DNA of 64,000 bases from Chrysomallon squamiferum (taxonomy: Eukaryota > Animalia > Mollusca). Both the position numbers and the translations under genes were made by a program. Under the pieces are notes generated by a model that saw only the letters and a program-made list of their open reading frames with translations, did not search any database and was not told where the DNA came from. Each line of letters starts with the position of its first letter. Position 1 is the first letter of the stretch. Shown piece after piece: positions 52,410 through 64,000 of this stretch. The stretch covers positions 2,232,001 to 2,296,000 of the forward strand of contig CM022677.1 of the NCBI GenBank assembly GCA_012295275.1. The letters are read 5' to 3'.

Positions 52410-52640
52410 TTTTATTATTATTATTTTTTAATATACTAATAAAATTATTTTAACCATATTAAAGTATATAATGGGTGGGGCCCTACATTCTTTCATATTA
52501 TTAAAGCTAAATACCTGTATAGCTCTATGTTAACGATAAAAACCTATAAAGATGAATACAAATTTAAGAAAAATATGACCACGTTATTTCAGATGTAGAC
52601 ACTGTAAGACATTAATACAATTATTTGTTATAATAATATT
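51950..52640 (+). repeat. ~0.7-0.8 kb diverged direct repeat with 56433-57258 (mirrored at 58270-59095 and 62725-63445)
   Basis: Shared blocks include acagaattggtgtaat, ctgatggcagccat, aataacgacactcgattaataa, ttgacttgtgtagcacacaccaaag, ataatgggtggg.ccta and aagctaaatacctgtatagctctatgttaac. Confidence 0.92.
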
Positions 52641-53970
52641 TAACACACACACACACACACTTTGTAATCATAATCACACAAGATATTAATACACTATACA
52701 GTCTCCATGCACAAAACATTACTAAAATGATTCTTTTCTGAAGTAGGTGTCTTATTGTTTGACTGATGTATAAGATACAACGTGAACTAAAACAGGATAC
52801 AACTGAAATCTGTCATGTTGACTTATGTCTTCAACACAGTGAGATCTCCTAAAAATGAAAAAAGATAAACATTCTATTATGAAATTAAGTGGAGGCATTG
52901 TAATAGTTTATGCATCATGCTTAAAAATACTGTAGGGCTTTAGAAAGCATCATTTTGATATAAAACATGTGTATACTGGTTTGAAACTGTATGAGATATT
53001 CAGTGTTCTGTTTGCCAAAAGACTGAAATGAATCTCAGATTTTCCACAGATTACGAAGGAAAAATACCTGAAAATTTTATTCAGATAATAATAAACATCA
53101 TTCATATTTTGTTGTCATTCTAATCTCCTTTTTTTTTCTTTTTTCTTTAGTTTTTTTCTTTTTTGTCATTATGTAGTTATAAGTTATATAATTTAAAGGA
53201 TAATTTTATTATTGAAAATACTATTACATATCTGCTAAATATAATTACATACTAATTTCAATGAAAAGTAAAATATAAGTGATTACTCTGTTGATTGATC
53301 AATAAAAATTCAGCAGAAAAATAAAACTTACCCTCGAGTCTTGTGACAAGATTCTACATTGTATTGTTTAATAATTCATTTTCGATTATCTGCCCTTGAA
53401 AACTTTCCATAAAGCAGACGACTAAACATTTTACAAACTAAATTACAAACATATACTCCAACGTACATAAAGAATTTAAAAAAAAAACAAAAAAAACATT
53501 TCATTAAAGTAATATTTTACCATTATATAAAGGTATACTAGTATATATAAAGAAATCAACTGAAACGAATATAGCTTTATGATGAGTAATAAACGTAAAT
53601 GTGTAGGTATGTTCCAGAAATATCAATTTACAAACTATATAAACAATATACCGTATCTATTAATACGTGATAAATAACTAAAATATAAACAATAAAAATA
53701 AATACAGTGGACGCTGTCAAAACCGGATGATTCATTGAGACCAACCTGATATACCGTTTTAGACAGAGAGCTTTTTCTAAAGATTAAAATAACATAAAAC
53801 TGGAATTTTTTTTTTTTGTTACAAATGTTAATGGTCTATCAGTTGTCAGAGGATAAACAGTCTGTCATTGATCGACTGCGTTTTTTTGGGGGGGAGTTGT
53901 GCTTTTTTTAGTTAGGTTTTTTTTTTCGTATTTCTTTTTCTGTCATGGCCTCCAAGTTTAATATTAATTA

Positions 53971-54535
53971 CAGAATCTCTTCTTTAGCAGGCTTAAGAAT
54001 TAGAAGTGGATTTTTGATATTGTTATGGTAACGACATTTCAAACGATGTCGCTGTCGTACTTTAATAACGTCTTCACCACGACAGAGAGCATCGAATGTT
54101 GTTTTTTCTTTAACTGTTTTATATTTTCTTTCCTAAGTTTTGATATACTTAAATACTTTTTCCTTCTGGTCGGAGCACGTTTTTGTCCACGAGCTAACAT
54201 TAACTGTTCATTTGTCAGATTTAAAACTTGTTCTATCTGTCCTGCTAATTCTCTACCGTATATATCATAGTCATGACTTTTTTTGTTCTTACTTTATCAA
54301 GACTTGTCTCCATCCAGATATGCACATATTTGTATTTTTTCATTTTGTATGCGAGGCGACCTAACTGATAACAGTTTTCTGCTGATAATCTCTGTATATA
54401 TCGTTCATATATAAAACTTTCTGTTAATCTTGTCACATTTAATTTGTACGTGTCTTGAAGTCGAAACACAGCTGCAGCGGCCCCTTCTAAGTCTTCGTAA
54501 CTTGGAAGATGTTCACGGATTTCTTATATTAATAA
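53971..54535 (-). pseudogene. P4HA: Prolyl 4-hydroxylase alpha subunit fragment, intron-free (left-arm copy)
   Basis: EHLPSYEDLEGAAAAVFRLQDTYKL..LSAENCYQLGRLAY...FDALCRGE..LKCRYHNN..PLLILKPAKEEIL. It has a stop and a deletion relative to the other copy. Confidence 0.92.
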
Positions 54536-54649
54536 TTTGTTTATGTCAGAATAAAGTAACATACAGACAAAAAAGAAACCAAAAACACTCCTGAAGAAAA
54601 ATAAAATAAAAAATAGATTAAAATGTGCATTACAGCTGTCATTTAGAAG

Positions 54650-54740
54650 TGGCGCACTTCTTAAGTTATGAAGATTTTGAAGTGTTGTCTGCAGTTCTTC
54701 TGTTTCTTCTTCAAAACACATACAAATTAGATGTCACTAC
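54650..54740 (+). pseudogene. P4HA: Short inverted, diverged sliver of the same P4HA segment (mirror at ~60595-60690, minus)
   Basis: HFLSYEDFEVLSA..FLLQNTYKLDVT vs HLPSYEDLEGAAAALFRLQDTYKLNAT. It lies head-to-head with the main fragment, ~130 bp away. Confidence 0.75.
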
Positions 54741-54987
54741 TTCTTAATCATTTATGCAAACTCGCCATATTAAGACATTTTATGACATTTCTATTTTTAT
54801 TATGTTATTCCACATTCTTTATTTTTTATTTTATTTTATGAATGTGTTTGAATAATTGTCAGTTTTAAGTGATACACAATATTTTTATCCAAAATCATTA
54901 CACTTTATTTCATTTCTATTTTTCTTTTTCGTTTTCATTCTTTCTCTGTAGCGGACCTTATTCTGCGAAATATGAAGAATCTCCTCT

Positions 54988-55872
54988 TAAGTAAATAAAT
55001 ACTGTATTGTGATATTAGCAGTATTAAGTAAATAAGTACTGAACAGTAACGATATTAGAAGCATTAAGTAAATAAATACTGAACAGAAAAAATGATATTA
55101 GCAGTATTAAGTAAATAAATAATGTACAGTAATGTGATATTAGCAGCATTAAGTAAATAAATACTGTACAGTCACGTGATATGAGCAGCATTAACTAAAT
55201 AACTATTGTACAGTAACGTGATATTATCAGAGATAAGTAAATAAATACTGTGCAGTAAAGTGATATTAGCAGTAGTAAAAAAAGAACTGTACAGTAACGT
55301 GATATTAGCAGTATTAAGTAAATAAATACTGTACAGTAACGTGATATTAGCAGGGTTAAATAAATAAATACTGTACAGTAACGTGACATTAGCAGTATTA
55401 TGTAAATAAATACTGTACAGTAACGTTATATTAGCAGTATTAAGTAAATAAATACTGTACAGTAACGTGATATTAGCAGTATTAAGTAAATAAATACTGT
55501 ACAGTAACGTGATATTAGCAGTATTAAGTAAATAAATACTGTACAGTAACGTGATATTAGCAGTATTAAGTAAATAAATACTGTACAGTAACGTTATATT
55601 AGCAGTATTATGTAAATAAATACTGTACAGTAACGTTATATTAGCAGTATTATGTAAATAAATACTGTACACGAACGTGGTATTTGCAGCGTTAACTAAA
55701 CAAACACGTGATAGTAGCAGTATTAAGTAAATAAATACTGAACCGTTACGTAATAGTAGCAGAAATTAAGCAAAATAAATATGTACAGTAACGCGATATT
55801 AAGTAAATAAAAACTGTGACGTGATATTAGTAGTATTAAGTAAAGAAATACTGTACAGTGACGTGTGATATT
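54988..55872. repeat. 42-bp minisatellite with degenerate edges (mirror at 59630-60380)
   Basis: Unit gtgatattagcagtattaagtaaataaatactgtacagtaac. It generates the spurious LLYSIYLLNTANIT ORFs. Confidence 0.96.
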
Positions 55873-57520
55873 AACCAAGACGTTAATACTGGAACGACGG
55901 CGACATTACTAGAAATCACAATAATGTATTTGAAGAGATGATTCGCCCGCTAAAGAATAATGAGGACTCTAGAAAGCTTGAAACAACGCCGTTACGACGG
56001 CAACGATGGTGATACTGATAGAAATGGTATAATACATTTTAGAATAGGATATCAAACATTGGTAAATTCCTGCACAATAATAAGCAACTTGTAGTGTGAG
56101 TTGTAAGTTTTGTGATTTTATTTGGTGCATTAATATAAATAAGAAGAAGAAAGAAAAAGTAGGGGAAAAAAAAAATAAAAAACCGTTTATTTGAAGTTTA
56201 CGGTCAACGATTGGCTAATAATAAGATAAAACAAAATATAAATAAATAAATAAAATAAATATATTTTAATAAAGGTTATGATGTTCCTTTATTTTATTTT
56301 ATTTGTTTTGAACATTATTTTAATTTTGTTTTTTTTATTTTTTTTTTATTTTTTTTTGGGGGGGGGATTGTAGATGCAGAAAAATGCGGGATGATTGTCG
56401 GACTTTACGGATTTACTTGTTTATTTAATGTTCGAAGAATTTTCTACAGAATTGGTGTAATCGCATTAAAACAGTTGTTTAAAGTATTTCATTTTGTGAA
56501 GGAGACAGGTATTACTATTTATTATTATAAATGTTAATGTGTTCGGATTTTTTTCGTTTTATTTAATTATAATTTAAAAGTCATAGACAACTGATGGCAG
56601 CCATATTATTTGAGAACAATATTTATTTATTTATAATTTTTTCAAATAACGACACTCGATTAATAATAACATTCACCAGTGGTTGTACTAATGTGAACAA
56701 CATAAACAACGTCATGATGTATCAGCAAATTTTGAGTGGCCAGTAATTAAATTTGTTTTAAAATAAATTGACTTGTGTAGCACACACCAAAGAGACACCA
56801 CACAACACGTCACAGAGAATTTAAAATTATTATTATTATTGTTATTGTTATTATTATTGTTATTATTTATTTTTTTATTTTCTATTTTTTTATTTTTATT
56901 ATTATAATTATTTTTTTTGTTGTTGTTGTTGAAATAAACTAATAAAACTATTAAAAGAAAATATGCTAATTTTGTTTGACAGGTTGTTTTCAGTCAGTTT
57001 ATTTATGATTTATTATTTTCAAAGATTTAGGTTAAATTGCTGACTTGCTCTATAATTATTAAACATATTAAACTTTATAATGGGTGGGTCCCTAAATGCT
57101 TTCATATTATTTAAGCTAAATACCTGTATAGCTCTATGTTAACACTAAAAACAAATAAAGATGAATACAAATTTAAGAAATACATGACCAGGTTATTTCA
57201 TATGTAGATGATGCTATAAAAATTAATAAAATTATTTATAAAAAAAATATTTAACACACAAATAAACACTCAAATAATTTGTTATCCTGTTCTTTGTTTC
57301 TCTTCTTTTCTTAATGGTCAATTTTAATTTATTTATTTACACTTTGTTTTGTTTTGTTGTAATTCCTTCTTTTTCATCTTCTTCTCTTATTATTATTACT
57401 ACTTTTTATTATTATTATTAAGTTTTATTTTTATTATTATTATTTTTGTGATCTTTATTATTATTATCCATTTTATTTTTCATATCATTACTAATAATTT
57501 TTATTTTTTATGTTTTCTAG

Positions 57521-57990
57521 GTCATGTGGAGAAAATGTTCCAAATGAATTTAAAGAATGGTTCTGTAAAAAATCAGATGTGAGTGAAATATTTTATAAAT
57601 TTCTCATCCAGCTACACAATCATTGATCAGTATCATACTGTAGAGTGCAAGTGCTGCTGGAATACTATAATATGATATACCGATGGTTTACATGTATCAA
57701 CAGGAACAAGAAGAAAAGGGCAGAGCACCATTGAAGTCTGCTTTTTTGTGAAATCAAGCTGATGCTGGTAAAAACACTTCATCTGCAAAATAAAAAACTA
57801 GGCAGACGACTGCGATGGCAAAAATAACAGCCAGAAAGTTGAGCAGCAGGTAACATCTGAGCTTGCTGCTCTGAGAATGAAGCTGGATGAGAAGATAAAG
57901 AAAAGAGAGAGAAGAAAACAAAGGCTGTAGCTGAAGCAGAACAAGATGAGACTCAGGAAGGCAAAGGTTCATGAGAGTGATGTCAGCGAT
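57521..57990 (+). pseudogene. CAMSAP: CAMSAP fragment, copy 3: N-terminal exon remnant fused to the CC1 coiled-coil exon
   Basis: 57521-57578 matches 11365-11418, including the donor and intron start. Then KNTSSAK (cf. KMTSFAE) and QQVTSELAALRMKLDEKIKKRERRKQRL*..NKMR (cf. LASEMVHLRMKLEEKRRAIEAQKKKME), cut by the gap. Confidence 0.85.
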
Positions 57991-57997
57991 TGACAGT

Positions 57998-58197
57998 NNN
58001 NNNNNNNNNNNNNNNNNNNNNNNNNNNNNNNNNNNNNNNNNNNNNNNNNNNNNNNNNNNNNNNNNNNNNNNNNNNNNNNNNNNNNNNNNNNNNNNNNNNN
58101 NNNNNNNNNNNNNNNNNNNNNNNNNNNNNNNNNNNNNNNNNNNNNNNNNNNNNNNNNNNNNNNNNNNNNNNNNNNNNNNNNNNNNNNNNNNNNNNNN
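57998..58197. other. Assembly gap (200 N)
   Basis: Run of n. Confidence 1.
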
Positions 58198-61100
58198 ATA
58201 AATTAAAATTGACCATTAAGAAAAGAAGAGAAACAAAGAACAGGATAACAAATTATTTGAGTGTTTATTTGTGTGTTAAATATTTTTTTTTATAAATAAT
58301 TTTATTAATTTTTATAGCATCATCTACATATGAAATAACCTGGTCATGTATTTCTTAAATTTGTATTCATCTTTATTTGTTTTTAGTGTTAACATAGAGC
58401 TATACAGGTATTTAGCTTAAATAATATGAAAGCATTTAGGGACCCATCCATTATAAAGTTTAATATGTTTAATAATTATAGTCAGCAATTTAACCTAAAT
58501 CTTTGAAAATAATAAATCATAAATAAACTGACTGAAAACAACCTGTCAAACAAAATTTGCATATTTTCTTAACAACAACAAAAAAAATAATTATAATAAT
58601 AAATAATAAAAAAAATATATAAATAATAACAATAATAATAACAATAACAATAATAATAATAATCATAATAATAATTTTAAATTCTCTGTGACTTGTGTGG
58701 TGTTTCTTTTGTGTGTGCTACATAAGTCAATTTATTTTTAAAAAAATTAAATTACTGGCCACTCAAAATTTGCTGATACATCATGACGTTGTTTATGTTG
58801 TTCACATTAGTACAACCACTGGTGAATGTTATTATTAATCGAGTGTCGTTATTTGAAAAAATTATAAATAAATAAATAAATAAATATTGTTCTCAAATAA
58901 TATGGCTGCCATCAGTTCTCTATGACTTTTAAATTATAATTAAATAAAACGAAAAAAATCCAAACACATTAACATTTATAATAATAAATAGTAATACCTG
59001 TCTCCTTCACAAAATGAAATACTTTAAACAACTGTTTTAATGCGATTACACCAATTCTGTAGAAAATTCTTCGAACATCAAATAAAAAAGTAAATCCGTA
59101 AAGTCCGACAATCATCCCGCATTTTTCTGCATATACAATCCCCAAAAAAAAAAAAAAAAATAAATAAAAACAAAATTAAAATAATGTTCAAAACAAATAA
59201 AATAAAATAAAGGAACATCACAACCTTTATTAAAATATATTTATTTTATTTATTTATTTATATTTTTTTTATCTTATTATTAGCCAATCGTTGACCGTAA
59301 ACTTCAAATAAACGGTGTTTTTATTTTTTTTCCCCCTACTTTTTTTTTCTTCTTCTTATTTATATTAATGCACCAAATAAAATCACAAAACTTACAACTC
59401 ACACTACACGTTGCTTATTATTGTGCAGGAATTTACCAATGTTTGATATCCTATTCTAAAATGTATTATACCATTTCTATCAATATCACCATCGTTGCCG
59501 TCGTAACGGCGTTGTTTCAAGCTTTCTAGAGTCCTTCTCATTATTCTTTAGCGGGCGAATCACCTCTTCAAATACATTATTGTGATTTCTAGTAATGTCG
59601 CCGTCGTTCCAGTATTAACGTCTTGGTTAATATCACACGTCACTGTACAGTATTTCTTTACTTAATACTACTAATATCACGTCACAGTTCTTATTTACTT
59701 AATATCGCGTTGCTGTACATATTTATTTTGCTTAATTTCTGCTACTATTACGTTACGGTTCAGTATTTATTTACTTAATACTGCTACTATCACGTTACTA
59801 TACAGTGTTTATTTAGTTAACGCTGCAAATATCACGTTCGTGTACAGTATTTATTTACTTAATACTGCTAATATCACGTTACTGTACAGTATTTATTTAC
59901 TTAATACTGCTAATATAACGTTACTGTACAGTATTTATTTACTTAATACTGCTAATATAACGTTACTGTACAGTATTTATTTATTTAATACTGCTAATAT
60001 AACGTTACTGTACAGTATTTATTTACTTAATACTGCTAATATCACGTTACTGTACAGTATTTATTTATTTAATACTGCTAATATCAGTTCTTTTACTGCT
60101 AATATCACTTTACTGCGCAGTATTTATTTATTTATCTCTGATAATATCACGTTACTGTACAATAGTTATTTAGTTAATGCTGCTCATATCACGTGACTGT
60201 ACAGTATTTATTTACTTAATGCTGCTAATATCACGTTACTGTACATTATTTATTTACTTAATACTGCTAATATCATTTTCTCTGTTCAGTATTTATTTAC
60301 TTAATGCTTCTAATATCGTTACTGTACAGTATTTTTTTACTTAATACTGCTAATATCACAATACAGTATTTATTTACTTAAGAGGAGATTCTTCATATTT
60401 CGCAGAATAAGGTCCGCTACAGAGAAAGAATGAAAAAGAAAAAGAAAAATAGAAATGAAATAAAGTGTAATGATTCTGGATAAAAACATTTTGTATGAAT
60501 TAAAACTGACATTTATTCAAACATATTCATAAAATAAAATAAAAAAATAAAAAATGTGGAAAAATAAAAAATGTGGAATAACATAATAAAAAATAAGTAG
60601 TGACATCTGATTTGTATGTGTTTTGAAGAAGAAACAGAACAACTGCAGACAACACTTCAAAATCTTCATAACTTAAGAAGTGCGCCACTTCTAAATGACA
60701 GCTGTAATGCACATTTTCACTGTTATTTTTTTTTTTCTTGAGGAGTGTTTTTGTTTTCATTTTTGTCTGTATGTTACTTTATTCTGACATAAACAAATTA
60801 TTAATATATGAAATCCGTGAACATCTTCCAAGTTACGAAGATTTAGAAGGGGCCGCTGCAGCTCTGTTTCGACTTCAAGACACGTACAAATTAAATGCTA
60901 CAAGATTAACAGAAGGTTTTATATATGAACGATATATACAGAGATTATCAGCAGAAGACTGTTATCAATTAGGTCGCCTTGCATACAAACTGAAAAAAAT
61001 ACAAATATGTGCATATCTGGAGGACGATGAGTCTCGAAAAAGTAAGAACAGAACAAATTCAGAACGTATCTCGGTTAAAACTTCATGACTATGACATATA

Positions 61101-62179
61101 CGGTAGAGAATTAGCGGGACAGATAGAGCAAGTTTTAAATTTGACAAATGAACAGTTAATGTTAGCTCGTGGACTAGAACGTGCTCCGAACAGAAGAAAA
61201 AAGTATTCAAGTATATCAAAACTTAGGAAAGAAAAGAGAAAAAATGGCAGAGTTAAAGAAAAAACAACTTTCGATGCTCTCTGTCGTGGTGAAGAGGTTA
61301 TTAAAGTACGACAGCGACATCGTTTGAAATGTCGCTACCATAACAATATCAAAAACCGCTTCTAATTCTTAAGCCTGCTAAAGAAGAGATTCTGAAATTA
61401 ATGTTAAACTTGGAGGCCATGACAGACAAAGAAATACGAAAAAAAACCTAACTAAAAAAAAGCACTAACCCCCCCAAAAAACGCAGTCATCAATGACAGA
61501 CTGTTTATCCTCTGACAACTGATAGACCATTAACATTTGTAATAAAAAAAAATATTCCAGTTTTATGTTATTTTAATCTTTAGAAAAAGCTCTCTGTCTA
61601 AAACGGTATATCACGTTGGTCTCAATGAATCATGCGGTTTTGACAGTGTCCACTGTTTTTATTTTTGTTGTTTATATTTTATTATTTATCAAATAATAAT
61701 AGATACGTGTATTGTTTATAGTATGTAAATTGATATTCCTGGAAGATACCTACACATTTACATTTGTTACTCATTATACAGCTATATTCGTTTCAGTTGA
61801 TTTCTTCATATATACTGGTATACCTTTATATAATGGTAGAATATTACTTTCTTGAAATGTTTTTTGCTTTTTTTTAAATTCTTTATGTACGTTGGAGTAT
61901 ATGTTTGTAATTTAGTTTGTAAAATGTTTCGTCGTCTGCTTTATGGAAAGTTTTCAAGGGCAGATAATCGAAAATGAATTATTAAACAATACGATGTAGA
62001 ATCTTGTCACAAGACTCGAGTGTAAGTTTTATTTTTTTGCTGAATTTTTGTTGATCAATCAACAGAGTAATCACTTATATTTTACTTTTCATTGAAATTA
62101 TTATGTAATTATATTTAGCAGATATGTAATCAATAATATAATTATCCTTTAAATTATATTACTTATAACTACATAATGA

Positions 62180-62218
<39 letters not shown>

Positions 62219-62679
62219 AGATTAAAATGACAACAAAATATGAATGATGTTTATTATTATCTGAATAAAATTTGCAGTTATTTTTCCTTCGTAATCTGTG
62301 GAAAATCTGAGATTCATTTCAGTCTTTTGGCAAACAGAACACTGAATATCTCATACAGTTTCAAACCGGTATATACATGTTTTATATCAAAATGATGCTT
62401 TCTAAAGCCCTACAGTATTTTTAAGCATGATGCATAAACTATTACAATGACTCAACTTAATTTCATAAAATGTTTTTCTTTTTTCATTTTTAGGAGATCT
62501 CACTGTGTTGAAGACATAAGTCAACATGACAGATTTGAGTTGTATCCAGTTTTAGTTCACGTTGTATCTTATACATCAGTCAAACAATAAGACACCTACT
62601 TCAAAAAAGAATCATTTTAGTAATGTTTTGTGCATGAGACTGTACAGTGTATTAATATCTTTTGTGATTATGATTACAA

Positions 62680-62730
<51 letters not shown>

Positions 62731-62961
62731 AATATTATTATAACAAATAATTGTATTAATATTTTACAGTGTCTACATCTGAAATAACGTGGTCATATTT
62801 TTCTTAAATTTGTATTCATCTTTATAGGTTTTTATCGTTAACATAGAGCTATACAGGTATTTAGCTTTAATAATATGAAAGAATGTAGGGCCCCACCCAT
62901 TATATACTTTAATATGGTTAAAATAATTTTATTAGTATATTAAAAAATAATAATAATAAAA

Positions 62962-62992
<31 letters not shown>

Positions 62993-63425
62993 AAAATTAA
63001 ATAAAAATTTGACACATAGTTGTTGTATGGTGTTTACTTTGGTGTGTGCTACACAAGTCAATTTCTTTTAAAACAAATTTAATTACAGGCCACACAGTGA
63101 TTGGTAAAACATTTCTTGTTTATGCTGTTCACATTAGTACAAACACTGGCGAATTTTGTTATTAATCGAGTGTCGTTATTTAAAAAAAAAAATATATATA
63201 TATATAATTATAAAATAAATAATAAATAAATATTATTTCCGAATATGATGGCTGCCATCAGGTGGCTGTGATGTTTAAATTATACTTAAATAAAAAAATA
63301 AAAAAATCCAAACTCATTAACAACTATAATAATTAATAGTACTACCTGTCTGCTTCACAAAATAAAATACTTTAAGCAACTTTTTTGTTGCAATTACACC
63401 AATTCTGTATAAGATTCTTCAAACG
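58198..63425 (-). repeat. Right arm of the large inverted duplication
   Basis: Reverse complement of 51947-57332 with scattered substitutions and indels. It starts at the gap edge. Confidence 0.96.
60790..61397 (+). pseudogene. P4HA: Prolyl 4-hydroxylase alpha subunit fragment, intron-free (right-arm copy)
   Basis: ORFs 60738-61088 and 61009-61365 join through a frameshift in an A run (~60995): PSYEDLEGAAAALFRLQDTYKL..LSAEDCYQLGRLAY..HIW..FDALCRGE..LKCRYHNN../LILKPAKEEIL*. No signal peptide or 2OG-Fe(II) catalytic domain follows. Confidence 0.93.
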
Positions 63426-63531
63426 TCAAATAAAAAAGTAATCAGCCTTAGAAAAAGAATGGGAAATAGTGAATGCAAAATGGGCTATAGACATAGAGAT
63501 TTCAGCAGTTGTTATCTACGTCAAAATATCC

Positions 63532-63581
<50 letters not shown>

Positions 63582-64000
63582 TATTTATATATGTGATTGT
63601 TTTTTATATGTGTTTATGCATATACTTAGAATTAGAAAACGCTTTGGCTTAGGAATTTTATTTTATTGTCAAAAATAATCATTTTCTAATTCCATTCGAA
63701 TTTATTTAATCTCCTTCGGTTGAACTTTAAGTCCAATTCGCTAGTTTTCCACAGTTTTTTACTAAACATTTATTCATCTGCATACAACTTTTTAAAATTG
63801 AATACAGAAGCATTTGGGACTGAACAGAAATAAACTTCTAGAACAATGCATTTATAAATGTTTTTAAAACATTTCAAAAACTGTTTACACAGTATCCTTT
63901 CTTTTTTTTTTTATCTATAAATATCTATCTGTAACCTCTCAAAACATTTTTTTGACAAAAACATTACCGCACCATCATATTTTGCATAAACAAGAATGTA

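Larger units (their letters stand above)
51947..57332 (+). repeat. Left arm of a large inverted duplication (right arm 58198-63425)
   Basis: Both ends were checked by reverse complement: 51947 cgtttgaagaatcttatacag vs 63425, and 57261-57332 vs 58198-58270. Internal landmarks (P4HA, 42-bp minisatellite) are mirrored. Confidence 0.96.

Noticed and set aside
55172-55672. 166-aa ORF with 14-aa repeats (also 59840-60196)
   Set aside because: A by-product of a stop-free frame in the 42-bp minisatellite. There is no true ATG start, no splice context and no codon-position bias.
57971-58295. ORFs containing X runs
   Set aside because: They span the N gap.

Overview
Very AT-rich, microsatellite-rich eukaryotic genomic DNA with GT-AG introns. 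It is metazoan and probably invertebrate; a mollusc is my low-confidence guess. There are two 200-N assembly gaps (16395-16594 and 57998-58197). I find no intact protein-coding gene, and nearly all ORFs in the supplied track are microsatellite or low-complexity artefacts. Manual translation of spliced exons shows that the window is a patchwork of decayed, mostly intron-containing fragments of unrelated genes. These are VPS13D (C-terminal exons, minus strand), methionyl-tRNA synthetase MARS1 (three partial copies, minus), CAMSAP/Patronin (three partial copies, plus), prolyl 4-hydroxylase alpha (two inverted intron-free copies plus two short inverted slivers), a SWIM-finger first exon of probable transposon origin, and a possible ankyrin/SAM gene. 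MULE, LINE and SINE relics are interspersed. Larger structures are a ~6.6 kb direct duplication and a ~5.3 kb-arm inverted duplication; each straddles a gap and may be an uncollapsed haplotype. There is also an older 3 kb dispersed duplication, and several minisatellites, some born from exon sequence. A CpG-depleted domain runs from ~2.1 to ~45.8 kb and ends at a symmetric inverted-repeat element. All homology calls come from remembered protein sequences, not database searches.
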